A stretch of DNA of 63,075 nucleotides, counting the filler, from Pelomyxa schiedti (taxonomy: Eukaryota > Protista > Evosea): the NCBI GenBank assembly GCA_020536535.1. It is 7 parts of 7 records of this genome, joined end to end, with 100 filler letters (N's around TTAATTAATTAA, not from the genome) between each part and the next. Parts side by side here need not be neighbours in the genome. Positions count along the whole stretch, not along the records: positions 1 to 19,409 come from JAHLWZ010000005.1; 6 more parts are not named here. One strand, written 5' to 3'. The first letter of the stretch is position 1. The number at the start of each line of letters is the position of its first letter. The notes under the pieces are model-generated. The model was not told the DNA's origin. It ran no database searches and saw only the letters and a list, made by a program, of their open reading frames with translations. The translations under genes were made by a program, and so were the position numbers. Below are positions 1-10,171 of this stretch, one piece after another.

Positions 1-972
1 GGGGGGGAAGGTGGCAGGCAGAAGAGGATACCGAGATGGAACCAGCGAACGTGGTCTGAGACCAAGAGCACGAGTGGGAATAACTCGCTGTTGCGACCTG
101 GTGTTGAACGCACCCTGGGTTGTATCCCCATGTGCTGTCGATCGTGTCGTCATCAGAGTCGATGACATGAATAGCATAGGCGCTGTTGTTTTGGGTGTGG
201 TGGTCGTTAGGAAAAATTTGTGGAGAGGGGATCAATCGTACTCATCCCACAGGCCATAAACATCAGGTTCGTCAGTTTTACACACAGCACTCTGAACGAC
301 GTTGCCGGAGGCATAAGTCCAACCAATGTCGTACTCCACACAGTTCTCTGACCAGAAATAGTGCATGTCAACCACCTTGTCACCGGTCTTTTCTGTGAAC
401 AGTTAGTTAGTGAGAGCTCGTTCGTCACTACTCAAAAAGTCCCAAACAAAAAGCCCACGTAAAAAGGTGCGCGGTTGGGTTGATATTTAATAAGGTGCGT
501 AATATTCTTTAATGAAGGTTGGAAGTCGACTCGAAACATACCCACGACGGTTGGACCAGGGAAAGAATAAACGGCCTGCCACTTTGGGTTGGCGGGAGCA
601 CATTCCACGGTCACGTAAGAGTAACTGTCATAATCCCAGAAGCAACCGTCGGCGTACCCGCTCCACCTCGTGCCGTCCACCTCCTCCGAGAAGTATGAGC
701 ACGAACCTCGGCACCCGTCCAGTGTATCTGCGTCGCAGCTGTACACCTGTTTTTTGTTTGTTGTTGTGTTGTTGTGTTGTTGTGTTGTTGTGTTGTTGTG
801 TTGTTGTGTTGATTCTTCTGGGGTAATCGATTGATGGAGGGGGATACCTCGACGTCGGCGTAAGAGTCGTCGGCGGAGCACGTGACGTGATAAGAGTCGG
901 TTGTGATGTCGGAATCGTGGCACTCGGGCGAGTAATAGTTCCAGTGCTTCTTGGGTGTTGTGCACGTCGAGT
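1..972 (-). CDS. Internal exons of a Cys-rich secreted/surface protein; diverged allele or paralogue of the gene at 7074-10171 (partial)
   Basis: About 205-972 aligns with 10172-10917 with scattered substitutions and indels. It has the same spliced peptides ([25 protein letters not shown]..., [25 protein letters not shown]...). Confidence 0.6.
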
Positions 973-1072
973 NNNNNNNNNNNNNNNNNNNNNNNNNNNN
1001 NNNNNNNNNNNNNNNNNNNNNNNNNNNNNNNNNNNNNNNNNNNNNNNNNNNNNNNNNNNNNNNNNNNNNNNN

Positions 1073-1595
1073 CTCTCATCAGCCTTTTCATACGACGTGG
1101 CCCACACAATGCTGCATGGAGCAACCACAAGTACAACCTACAAGAATCGATTGTCAACGAAAGTTCGATCCCATCATCCAGAAATAACGAGAATAATGGG
1201 GAAACAAAAAACCATACGGAGGTGACAATGAGCACTAGACCGAAAGGCACTGAGGGAGACCAACAGTGACACCCTTTTCTGTGGTGTTCCTCCTTGTTGC
1301 TGCCGCCGCCGTTACCGTGCTTGTTGTTGTTGCTGTTGCGAGGTGCGCCCTTTGTTGCGATGGCCCTGGCCTCGTTCATGCTGGCCTGGTCCTCGATCAG
1401 CTCCTGGCGGTACTCGTCGGCGACGTGGGTGGCCATCACGGCGGCGTCCATCATGACCACCACCTGAGCCTGCTGGCTGCTGGCGTTGGTGTTGGCCGTG
1501 GACGGTGCTGCGCTCTCTGCTCGCACAATCACGGATGACGATGGCAGAGGAGGGGTGCTGTTGTCCTGGGGTTGTACCTTGTTCCCTTTGGGCAT
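1073..1595 (-). CDS. 5' part of a membrane protein of unknown function (truncated by gap)
   Basis: ATG at 1595 (MPKGNKVQPQDNS...). A low-complexity N-terminus is followed by the hydrophobic segment VPFGLVLIVTS, a gtatg...gtag intron, and VVLVVAPCSIVWATSYE. Confidence 0.55.
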
Positions 1596-1846
1596 TTTTG
1601 GTTCTGCTGGCTTGCTGGCTTTGCAGTGTTGGTTCGGGGGGGTTTGTGGCTTTTTTTTGTTTTGCGTTGTGTGTTTTGTGTTTTGTGTTTTCTGTTCTTA
1701 CTTGTTGTTTTTTTTGTAGGACGAGAAAAGACTGAGGCGAAACACTCAATCTCAGGGATTTCGTTGATCAGTCTCCTTCGGGGAATGCGGGTTTTCAACC
1801 ACACAGTGAACTCCAGATTTTGTTGATTCCCGAGAGTCAAAACCAA

Positions 1847-4378
1847 TTAAAATAAGGTTCTTTCGGGTGTGTCGCCTGGAAAGGAACCCAGGGGAAGAAG
1901 TGACATGGATTCGGGTGTGATCCCGAAGAAGGAAATGAGCCACTGTATCATTCTGCCTGTGTGTTTGCTGTTGTCCTGTGTGTTTCTTGTGGAAAGTTGG
2001 TCAGTTAGCACATACATAAGGTCAGCCAGGTGGCTGGGTGTTGGTGGTGATCCAAGGGCTTCTGCTGGGGTCAGTAGGAAGTATTCTGTGTACCACTTGA
2101 GCTCTGGGAAGTGGGACGGGCCGTGGGTGAACAGTGAGAGGAATAGGGATGAGGGGTCACTGAGGTATCCTTTGTTGAGCCTGAACTTGTTGGCGAACCA
2201 AATGGCACAGCTGAGGTGGTTTGTATCAAGGAACTTGGTGAACAATTTCTTCATGTCATCTGATTGGAATTCACAGCAGCAGGGAGATAGGTTCCCAAGT
2301 GCAACCATCATGGGAAGCCGGTAGGTGCTACAGAGTGAGTACCATAGGTCCGGAAGAACAAGGGCTGGTGTTACATGGAAGTACTGCAGAGTCCACAGTA
2401 CTAGTAGTGATTTCTTTGGATCCGTGGTTTGCTTTGCCATGTCAAAAGAAAGAGCCTGACTGACCACCTTCTGCATTGGCAGAAAGGCAACCAACTTGTG
2501 CAAGTCAAAGAAGTTGGAAAGGCACTGCAGCCTCTCAGGGCTGGGGTCGACAGCAGAAATCATGGAAAGAATATCATGTTCGGTAGAGTAGCCTCTATTT
2601 AGTACATATGGAATAACCTCAGCTAGAAAGTTCTCTCTGTCTGGAAAATTGGACCATGATGGCTTGGTAATGAAAGTATCCAGCATAAACAGATACTGGG
2701 CCCTTTGGAAGGTAGAAGAGAATGTATCTAATAGCCACCTAAACGGGCCCACTAATGTGTGTGACCAGCAGTCGGAAATTACTTGAAACAGGTCACTTTC
2801 ACTCCACTTGAAATTCTGTGATAGGAATCCTGCAGCTCTGAACCTACAAGGGTTTGCAACCTGGCTTTCCAAGTAACTTTGGACTGTAGAAACGGCCAGC
2901 AAAGATTCTTCATGCACTTCTTCCTCTCTTAAGGTAAATGTTGCATGCAGCCACGCTAGTGATTCTACAGAATCTTGTATGCACAATCTCACAGCCACCT
3001 TTTTTATTGTTTCTCGGCTCACATGTGATGGTGCACATCTTTCCAGTAACACCTTGTACGTTTCAAGATTGATAGACTTCAATAGTATGGCGTTTATAAC
3101 ATCAGGAACTTGGTCTGGCATCCCTCCACATAGAACTTGTACATATTTGGTATTACCAGTTTCGCAGGCTGTCAGTAGGTTTTCCTCCCACCACTTCACA
3201 GAGTAAAAAACAGTGATTTTCAGGTGCTCGTCAATAGTGGAGTAATTAAGTGCTTCCCAGGCCTTCGATGCCATAGCTGCATTATATTTGTCCCTAAAGA
3301 ACATAAACGCTTCAGCACAACCTGAGGATGCAGCTTTCCTCAGGGGGATCGTTAATTCCCAGTCCGTAGTCTCATAGAAGTCCCAAATGAACTCCAGCAA
3401 AGCAACATTCCCAGAAGAGGAGGCATTTCTCAGAGCTTTATGACCATGCAACACCCAAGTATCAGGTGGTAGGGACTCCAGAATCCACTTCACGCCTTTC
3501 AATTGCCCCACTGAGCAGCATGCATACAGGGCCGTAATTATCTCCGCTTCTTCAGTTTCTGTCCACGCTCCCCTTGTCCCAAAAACGGTATCCATTACCC
3601 AGCGAGCAAACTTCATGTTCCCGTGGCCCAGGCTGTACACCAACGGGCCAGCAGCGGAAGGCTTCAGCCACGAGTAAGCCACTTTATCCACCACGTTCCT
3701 CACGGCGCCGCACTCAAAGACCACCTCAGACCCTACGTTCCTCCACTCCAAGCAGTCCCTTGTCTCCACAACCTCCCTCGCGGGAGCGTGCTCGAGCAGC
3801 CACCTTGCCACCTCCGTGTTCCCGTGGGTAGCCGCGGCGTTCATGGCCCTGTCCCAGCCCCCCCACTTGCCGACCAGCGCCTTGGAGACCAGAGCCAGCA
3901 GAGGGAACATGGCGCCGGTCGAGCCCAGCAGCAGCGCCTCCTCGGCGCCCTCGTAGTGCCTCAGGTGCGACGCCAGCCGCGAGTCTCTCACGGCCTCGCT
4001 GCACATTCTGTCCATGCAGTCGCACATTGGCCGCGAGGACTCCTCGCCCCACCTGCTTTCCGCGCCGTCGCCGCACACTCGGTTCCACTCTGATTGTGTG
4101 TAGTATTCCGGCCGGAACCCGTTCCTCAGTCCAGGAACCAGCACGGGAAACACAAACTTCCACAAGAACGAGGACACCCACAGCACCCTCTCGGCCTTGT
4201 TGTTGTGGTTATTGTGCACAGCGGTATCATTTTCTCTCAGCCCTTGTACTCCTGAGTCACCGGGAATAACTACATTATGGGGCGCACTACAACAAGCACC
4301 GTCGTAGTCGTCATCGCCGAAGCCGAACGAGCGTAGGAACGACGACGCAGTGTCGTTTGACGTTGTCGAAGTACACAT
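1847..4378 (-). CDS. Intronless degenerate ankyrin-repeat-like protein (about 843 aa)
   Basis: Long ORF, first ATG at 4378. Ankyrin-like motifs: AMNAAATHGNTEVARWLLE, ALYACCSVGQLKGVKWIL, ALRNASSSGNVALLEF, LLTACETGNTKYVQVL. Confidence 0.75.
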   Translation of the reverse strand: MCTSTTSNDTASSFLRSFGFGDDDYDGACCSAPHNVVIPGDSGVQGLRENDTAVHNNHNNKAERVLWVSSFLWKFVFPVLVPGLRNGFRPEYYTQSEWNRVCGDGAESRWGEESSRPMCDCMDRMCSEAVRDSRLASHLRHYEGAEEALLLGSTGAMFPLLALVSKALVGKWGGWDRAMNAAATHGNTEVARWLLEHAPAREVVETRDCLEWRNVGSEVVFECGAVRNVVDKVAYSWLKPSAAGPLVYSLGHGNMKFARWVMDTVFGTRGAWTETEEAEIITALYACCSVGQLKGVKWILESLPPDTWVLHGHKALRNASSSGNVALLEFIWDFYETTDWELTIPLRKAASSGCAEAFMFFRDKYNAAMASKAWEALNYSTIDEHLKITVFYSVKWWEENLLTACETGNTKYVQVLCGGMPDQVPDVINAILLKSINLETYKVLLERCAPSHVSRETIKKVAVRLCIQDSVESLAWLHATFTLREEEVHEESLLAVSTVQSYLESQVANPCRFRAAGFLSQNFKWSESDLFQVISDCWSHTLVGPFRWLLDTFSSTFQRAQYLFMLDTFITKPSWSNFPDRENFLAEVIPYVLNRGYSTEHDILSMISAVDPSPERLQCLSNFFDLHKLVAFLPMQKVVSQALSFDMAKQTTDPKKSLLVLWTLQYFHVTPALVLPDLWYSLCSTYRLPMMVALGNLSPCCCEFQSDDMKKLFTKFLDTNHLSCAIWFANKFRLNKGYLSDPSSLFLSLFTHGPSHFPELKWYTEYFLLTPAEALGSPPTPSHLADLMYVLTDQLSTRNTQDNSKHTGRMIQWLISFFGITPESMSLLPLGSFPGDTPERTLF

Positions 4379-4626
4379 GATCCGCTCGGTTCCGTTTGTG
4401 AAAACTCGTAACTGATGGTAGACTCTGGGTCCTGGAGTGTTGCGCCGTAGCACCTCCAAAATGTGAAAGCTTCCTTTACTGAAGGGAAGAGGAGAGCTCC
4501 TCAAAGGAGAGCGTCAAACGCTTATCTCGTATCTACAACGGTTCCGTAAATTGAACGGGTTTTTTTTTTTGAAAGAAAAGAAAGGACGGGTAGACACACA
4601 GGGGCAACACACAGGTGAATAACGCA

Positions 4627-5854
4627 ATGCCGCGAGGGAGATCGTCAAGAAAGAAGGACCAGGAAACGTCATTTGCGGTGTATGTGTACCGCGTGTTGAA
4701 ACAAGTGCACCCCGACGTTGGGATCTCAAAGAAGGCAATGCAGGCACGTCCCGTTGCCACTCTTCTCTGTTTTGTTATTTAATTTTCTTTGTTTTTTGTT
4801 TTTTTGGTTAAACTGGAAAGTTAAACAATGGCCTGAATCCATCATCCCTTTTGTTTTTTTTTACCCCCTCCCGGCCACGACCCTCCCTCAACACTCCATC
4901 TGAGCCTTATGTTTAAACTAAACTGAAAAACGTCTGCTGCAGATCATGAACGACTATGTAAATGATAACTTGAGAAAAGTGGCGAAGGAGGCTTCTTTGT
5001 TGTGTAAAATTAATCATCTTGGAACACTTGGCAGTAGGGAGGTACGACCAAACAGCTTCAACCGAGAACTGACATCATTGTAGATACAGACTGCAGTTCG
5101 TCTGGTTCTTGTTTCAGAACTAGCAAAACACGCGATATCTGAGGGGACCAAAGTATCGAATTGTTCTCCAATTCCCCTAAAAAAAATTTTTCCAACAGGC
5201 TGTTACCAAATACAATGGAGATGCAGATTCTGTGGATTCCGATGGCGCACTACCCAGTAAAGCTAAGGAGGTTGACAGTACTGATGAGGAGGATTCTGGT
5301 GTGAAATGGAATGAAAATGACGATGGAGTTGCAAGGCCCGACCGCTCTACTGCTGCATATCGCAAACCAAGGTGCGCTACTCGTTCTGCCAAGGCCGGTC
5401 TCCAGTTTCCTATAGGAAGAATTACGAAGTTGCTCAAGGAGGGTCACTATAGCAAGCGGATAGGCGGAAGTACCCAAATATAATCTGCTATGTGAAACAC
5501 TAACCTCTCACAAGCTGCTTCCGTTTACCTTGCTGCCGTGTTAGAGTACCTTGTAGCTGAAGTACTAGAACTTGCCGGCAATGCCTCCAAAGATCTGCAG
5601 GTGAAGCGCATTACCCCCAGGCATCTTCAACTCGCTATCCGCGGTGATGAGGAGCTGGACAAGGTGTGCATCTTACCCAACGGCAACTCTCTAACATAAT
5701 CCAGTTAATGAAACACTGTACTATCGCCGGCGGAGGAGTCATACCTCACATCCACAAGGCCCTGATCCCTAACATGCCTCCATCCAAAGCAAACGAAGGA
5801 GACTCTGAGAACGAAGGTTGTTCCTCACCCCAGTGCTCCACACAAGAGTTCTGA
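4627..5854 (+). CDS. H2B-H2A: Fused histone H2B-H2A doublet (284 aa, 6 exons: 4627-4743, 4943-5041, 5084-5152, 5199-5469, 5515-5663, 5705-5854)
   Basis: Spliced H2B: [39 protein letters not shown]|IMNDYVND...GSRE|[23 protein letters not shown]|AVTKY. It continues without a stop through an acidic linker into H2A: [14 protein letters not shown]...[49 protein letters not shown]|[20 protein letters not shown]...STQEF*. Confidence 0.93.
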
Positions 5855-6097
5855 AAACAACCACCAAGGGTTATTTTTCAATAAATAACAAAACAAACAA
5901 AATAAAAACCGGTTGATCAAACGGCGACGTTTGAACCGTTATTATCAAACCGCGCCTTAGAAGAAACCAAATAAAAAAAATACAACAACAAAAAAAAACA
6001 ACGCCATCAGCGCTCAATTAAAGAGCGAAACGCCACCGCACCGAAAGCAGCTCGCCGGCACGCGACACGCCGAAACCACACAGAACAACATAACATT

Positions 6098-6679
6098 ATG
6101 GGAAACAACCTGGTGGCGCTGGACACGGCGGACTGCGACGCGTGCCTGGACTCTGGGCCCGACTGCACCTACTGCCGCGGCAGCTCGTTCTTCGACTCGG
6201 CGAGCGCGTGCCTGTGCAACCCGGACCCGTGGGAGGACTGCGACGACGTCGCGTTCGGCAGCCGCGCGTACCGCACCCACGTCGCGTGCAGCCCCGGCGA
6301 GACCGCCGCCGTCGTGCTGGCCTGCATCCTGATCCCCGCCGCCATTCTCACTTGTGGGATAGTGGCATGCTGCTGCTGCTGCCGCCGCAGCCACAAGAAG
6401 AAGACTGAGGGCGATGGGAAGTACGAGGCCTCGTATGATGGTGTTGGTGTTGTGACTGTTGGTGGTGGTATCACTGCTGTACCTATGGTTCAGATTTCGA
6501 CTGGTGGTGGCGGGATGACGCCTGTCGGTGTGGAGGCCACTGTGTATACGAACAATGTGGGATTCGCGCCTCCTGTGACGGTTCCAGCTCCTTATGATCC
6601 TATGTATGCACAATACTCGCATGACGGGGGTGCAGTGCCATCTGCGTATCCACCGGCCACAAGTACCTTGCCCAAGTAG
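6098..6679 (+). CDS. Small single-pass membrane protein with Cys-rich ectodomain, juxtamembrane poly-Cys and Pro/Tyr-rich tail
   Basis: 193-aa ATG ORF: CDACLDSGPDCTYC..., TM segment AAVVLACILIPAAILTCGIVA, CCCCC then a basic stretch RRSHKKK. GC3-rich codons in the 5' half. Confidence 0.75.
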   Translation: MGNNLVALDTADCDACLDSGPDCTYCRGSSFFDSASACLCNPDPWEDCDDVAFGSRAYRTHVACSPGETAAVVLACILIPAAILTCGIVACCCCCRRSHKKKTEGDGKYEASYDGVGVVTVGGGITAVPMVQISTGGGGMTPVGVEATVYTNNVGFAPPVTVPAPYDPMYAQYSHDGGAVPSAYPPATSTLPK

Positions 6680-7073
6680 GCCCCCGTCCCCTTCCCAATA
6701 ATTATTACTGACTGGCACCCCCAAACAAAAAAAAAAAGGTGTTATGGGTGTGAACAGCCCATTGATGGGGACAAGTTGATATGTGATGATCAGCAGTGGC
6801 ACAAATCTTGCTTCTTGTCACACCAGCAACAGAACGTGTAGTATCATTTACACCTCGTTTTCATCCAACAAGTTACACAAGTGGATTTTGAACATTTATT
6901 TATTGTAAAATTCGAATTCTACATCCACGAAGTTTTCTTTTCTTGTTGTGTGTAGATCTGAACAACCACAATTCCGGTAAAAATGTAATTTAGAATTACA
7001 AGAAGCCCCAAGGATTTAAAAGCGAGGAACCAACCCAAAAACATCAAAATTAAAAAATAAACAAGCAAAGAGG

Positions 7074-10000
7074 ATGAGGAGCGCACTTCTGGTGTCCCTT
7101 TTGTTGTTCTTCAGCACCACGTCGGCCATATGGGAAGAAACTATCTACTACGAAATGACAGGTATGCGTTTTTTTTCCGCCCTTTAAACCGTTTGAACCT
7201 AAAAACCTTCGCAGACTCGGACTCATGCAGCAGCCCTATCTACGTGGAAGTGGAACAGACTTCGACTTGCTACGCATCCACCGATTGCTATTGGGGGTCT
7301 GACTATAATTCCTGGACTCACTGCCTCGACGAGATGCCAGCAATCGATTCCTACTTTGATGAGCCGTATGTTTTGGAATTCCTTCTTCCGTCGGCTTACT
7401 TTGTTTGCAAGTTATTATTCTTACATTCTATGGACGGATGAGTGCAACGGAAAAGAGGTGTTTCAGTTCATCGTAGCCAAGGAATCCTGTGTTATGTCTT
7501 CTTATATGAGCACCTACCGGGGTTGGAAATGCAACCAAGCCCAAGGCGAAATCACTGTAGATTCCCCTCAAGAATTTTTCGGTCTTTTCTGACTCCTCCC
7601 AGAAAACAGGCAACTACGACGACTCCACATGCGCCGCAGGGTACGATTATGATACACTTACTCCTTACTACGGGTATCGCCACGGCGAATGCTTCTACTC
7701 CTCGGGAAGCGGCTACTATTCTGTGGATTGTGATGCTGCCAGCACAGCAACCGCGGGCTATCAGCTCATCACCTACCACCCAATTCTAAGTGAAGGTGTG
7801 TGCTTGTCCAGATCGCATTCTTTCGCCCATAACATCGCAACAGTTGGAGCCTGTGATGGAACCACAGCGATCCTCGGGTACGAGTACTATTACACTGATG
7901 ATTGCGCCTCCTATGACTGCGTTGCTGGCCCCACTTGGATGGAGACCTGGTCATGTGTTGCTACCGAGCCCAGCCCATGGACTCTCATTTCTGACACCAC
8001 GAACCCGTGTGTCCCTCCACGCTTCATTGTGTTCTCTGACAGGAGAGTTTTCCAGACCATTTGTGCTGAGATATTTCTCTCACAATGATAACTTCTGCAG
8101 CAGTGATGAGTTGACCTCCACTGAAGTGTGGGCCTCAACTTGCATGGCAACTTCTGCCAGTACTTCGATTAATATTGTTGAAACCAGTTCCTACCTGAAC
8201 GTCAGTTACATTTTTGTCTCATTTCATCTCAACTCACCATCAATCGCCAGTTTGAAGTCTTTAATTACGCTGCTGATTGTACAAGTTATTACACGACAGA
8301 ACAATACATTTACAAAGGTGGAGATGAAACAGTTCCCGGCTGCTTCAGAACTACATCATCTGATGGAATGTATTACTCACTGTCCCAAGAGCAGAGTTTT
8401 AACAAGGCATACCAGACGATCGAGTACTTTGCCGGTGTCAACACATCAGGTGTGTCTGGGAACTTTTAATCTGGCTTCCCGTTTATTTTTCCACACAGCA
8501 ACCAAGATCATGATTGAGCAGTTCTACACTGAGCACTGTCTTACACAGACGGACGATGGCGGATTGTCCTTCGCAAACTGGATCTGCACAGACGCCGAGA
8601 ATCTCCCTGATCCATTTGACTATTGGGACGAGTGTGTACCTTCAGCGAGTTCAAACGCGCACTAACGATATGCCTCAGTGCTATTTTGGAGTTGTACTTT
8701 GGAACGGAGGCTTCGTCGTGCAGCGAAGGCAATGACTGGTTGTTCAGAAGGGCAATGACTCGAGATTGCGTTGCCGATCAAGACTCGTCGAAAGGATACT
8801 CGCACTTTGGTTGCTCATCAACTGCCACCTCATCTGATTTGAGGGTGTGTTTTCTTTTCTCCACTTTGGAAAGCCACACACACATATATATATATTTTAT
8901 ATTTCGCATTAATCAAAAAGAACAGTTCTGGTCCAACGGTGATGCCAATTGCACTGGAGGAACTTATTCCTACATTGATTACTCTTCCTCCAGTGGCATG
9001 AAAATGGACTACTGCCTCGCTGGTGCCTACGCGGACTACAGCTTCTCCGAGCTTCACTGTGATCCACCCAACCCAGCTTATCAAATCATGAAGACATACA
9101 CTGATGCCGCAAAGAGTACTTTCTCTCCCTCCTCACATCGTCACACTATGTGCAGCAACAAAATTTCTCATATGAGCTTTCTTTCGCAGCGGAGCTTATT
9201 TCCGTTGAAGTGTTTTACACAGACTACTGCACCGAGGTTGAACCAACGTCATCCAACTTCGCGTTCGACTACACATGCCAAGCCTCAATCGACACACTCA
9301 CAATCGACATTGACATGTGAGACTTCTTCCCTGTTTTTAATAATATTATATATATATATATCCGGCCTACGGCGCGATCGTCCTCTGACTTTTCATTATT
9401 GAAACCAACCAACCAACCAACCAACCAACCAACCAACCAACCAACCAACCAACCAACCAACCAACCAACCAACCAACCAACCAACCAACCAACCAACCAA
9501 CCAACCAACCAACCAACCAACCACACACACACATACAGGGCGATCACAGTCACACGGTTCTCAGACTCGACGTGCACAACACCCAAGAAGCACTGGAACT
9601 ATTACTCGCCCGAGTGCCACGATTCCGACATCACAACCGACTCTTATCACGTCACGTGCTCCGCCGACGACTCTTACGCCGACGTAGAGGTATCCCCCTC
9701 CATCAATCGATTACCCCATAAGAATCAACACAACAACACAACAACACAACAACAAACACACACAACAGGTGTACAGCTGCGACGCAGACACGCTGGACGG
9801 GTGCCGAGGTTCGTGCTCATACTTCTCGGAGGAGGTCGACGCCACGAGGTGGAGCGGGTACGCCGACGGTTGCTTCTGGGATTATGACAGTTACTCTTAC
9901 GTGACTGTGGAATGTGCTCCCGCCAACCCAAAGTGGCAGGCCGTTTATTCTTTCCCTGGTCCAACCGTCGTTGGTATGTTTCGAGTCGACTTCCAACCTT

Positions 10001-10171
10001 CATTAAAGAATATTACGCACCTTATTAAATATCAATCAACCCAACCGCGCACCTTTTTACGTGGGCTTTTTGTTTGGGACTTTTTGAGTAGTGACGAACG
10101 AGCTCACTAACTAACTGTTCACAGAAAAGACCGGTGACAAGGTGGTTGACATGCACTATTTCTGGTCAGAG
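7074..10171 (+). CDS. Large multi-exon Cys/Tyr/Asp-rich secreted or surface protein, truncated at the palindrome centre
   Basis: ATG 7074 gives signal peptide [18 protein letters not shown], followed by a gtatg intron. Successive exons carry repeated 'Y.D..C...C' modules ([37 protein letters not shown]). Confidence 0.7.
9403..9522 (+). repeat. (AACC)30 microsatellite, probably intronic
   Basis: Perfect tetranucleotide tandem repeat just upstream of a ...catacag acceptor. Confidence 0.95.

Noticed and set aside
432-1595. 387-aa ORF spanning the N gap
   Set aside because: It joins two unrelated genes across unknown bases.
4627-5854. Endogenous giant-virus insertion as the source of the histone doublet
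   Set aside because: No viral hallmark genes are nearby, both folds are close to eukaryotic histones, and the gene has five introns. An ancient viral link cannot be excluded without phylogeny.
9399-9586. PTNQ-repeat and LVGW-repeat ORFs; telomere-like or CRISPR-like array
   Set aside because: These are translations of an (AACC)n microsatellite with no unique spacers. The 120-nt length matches the apparent k-mer limit, so the copy number is unreliable.
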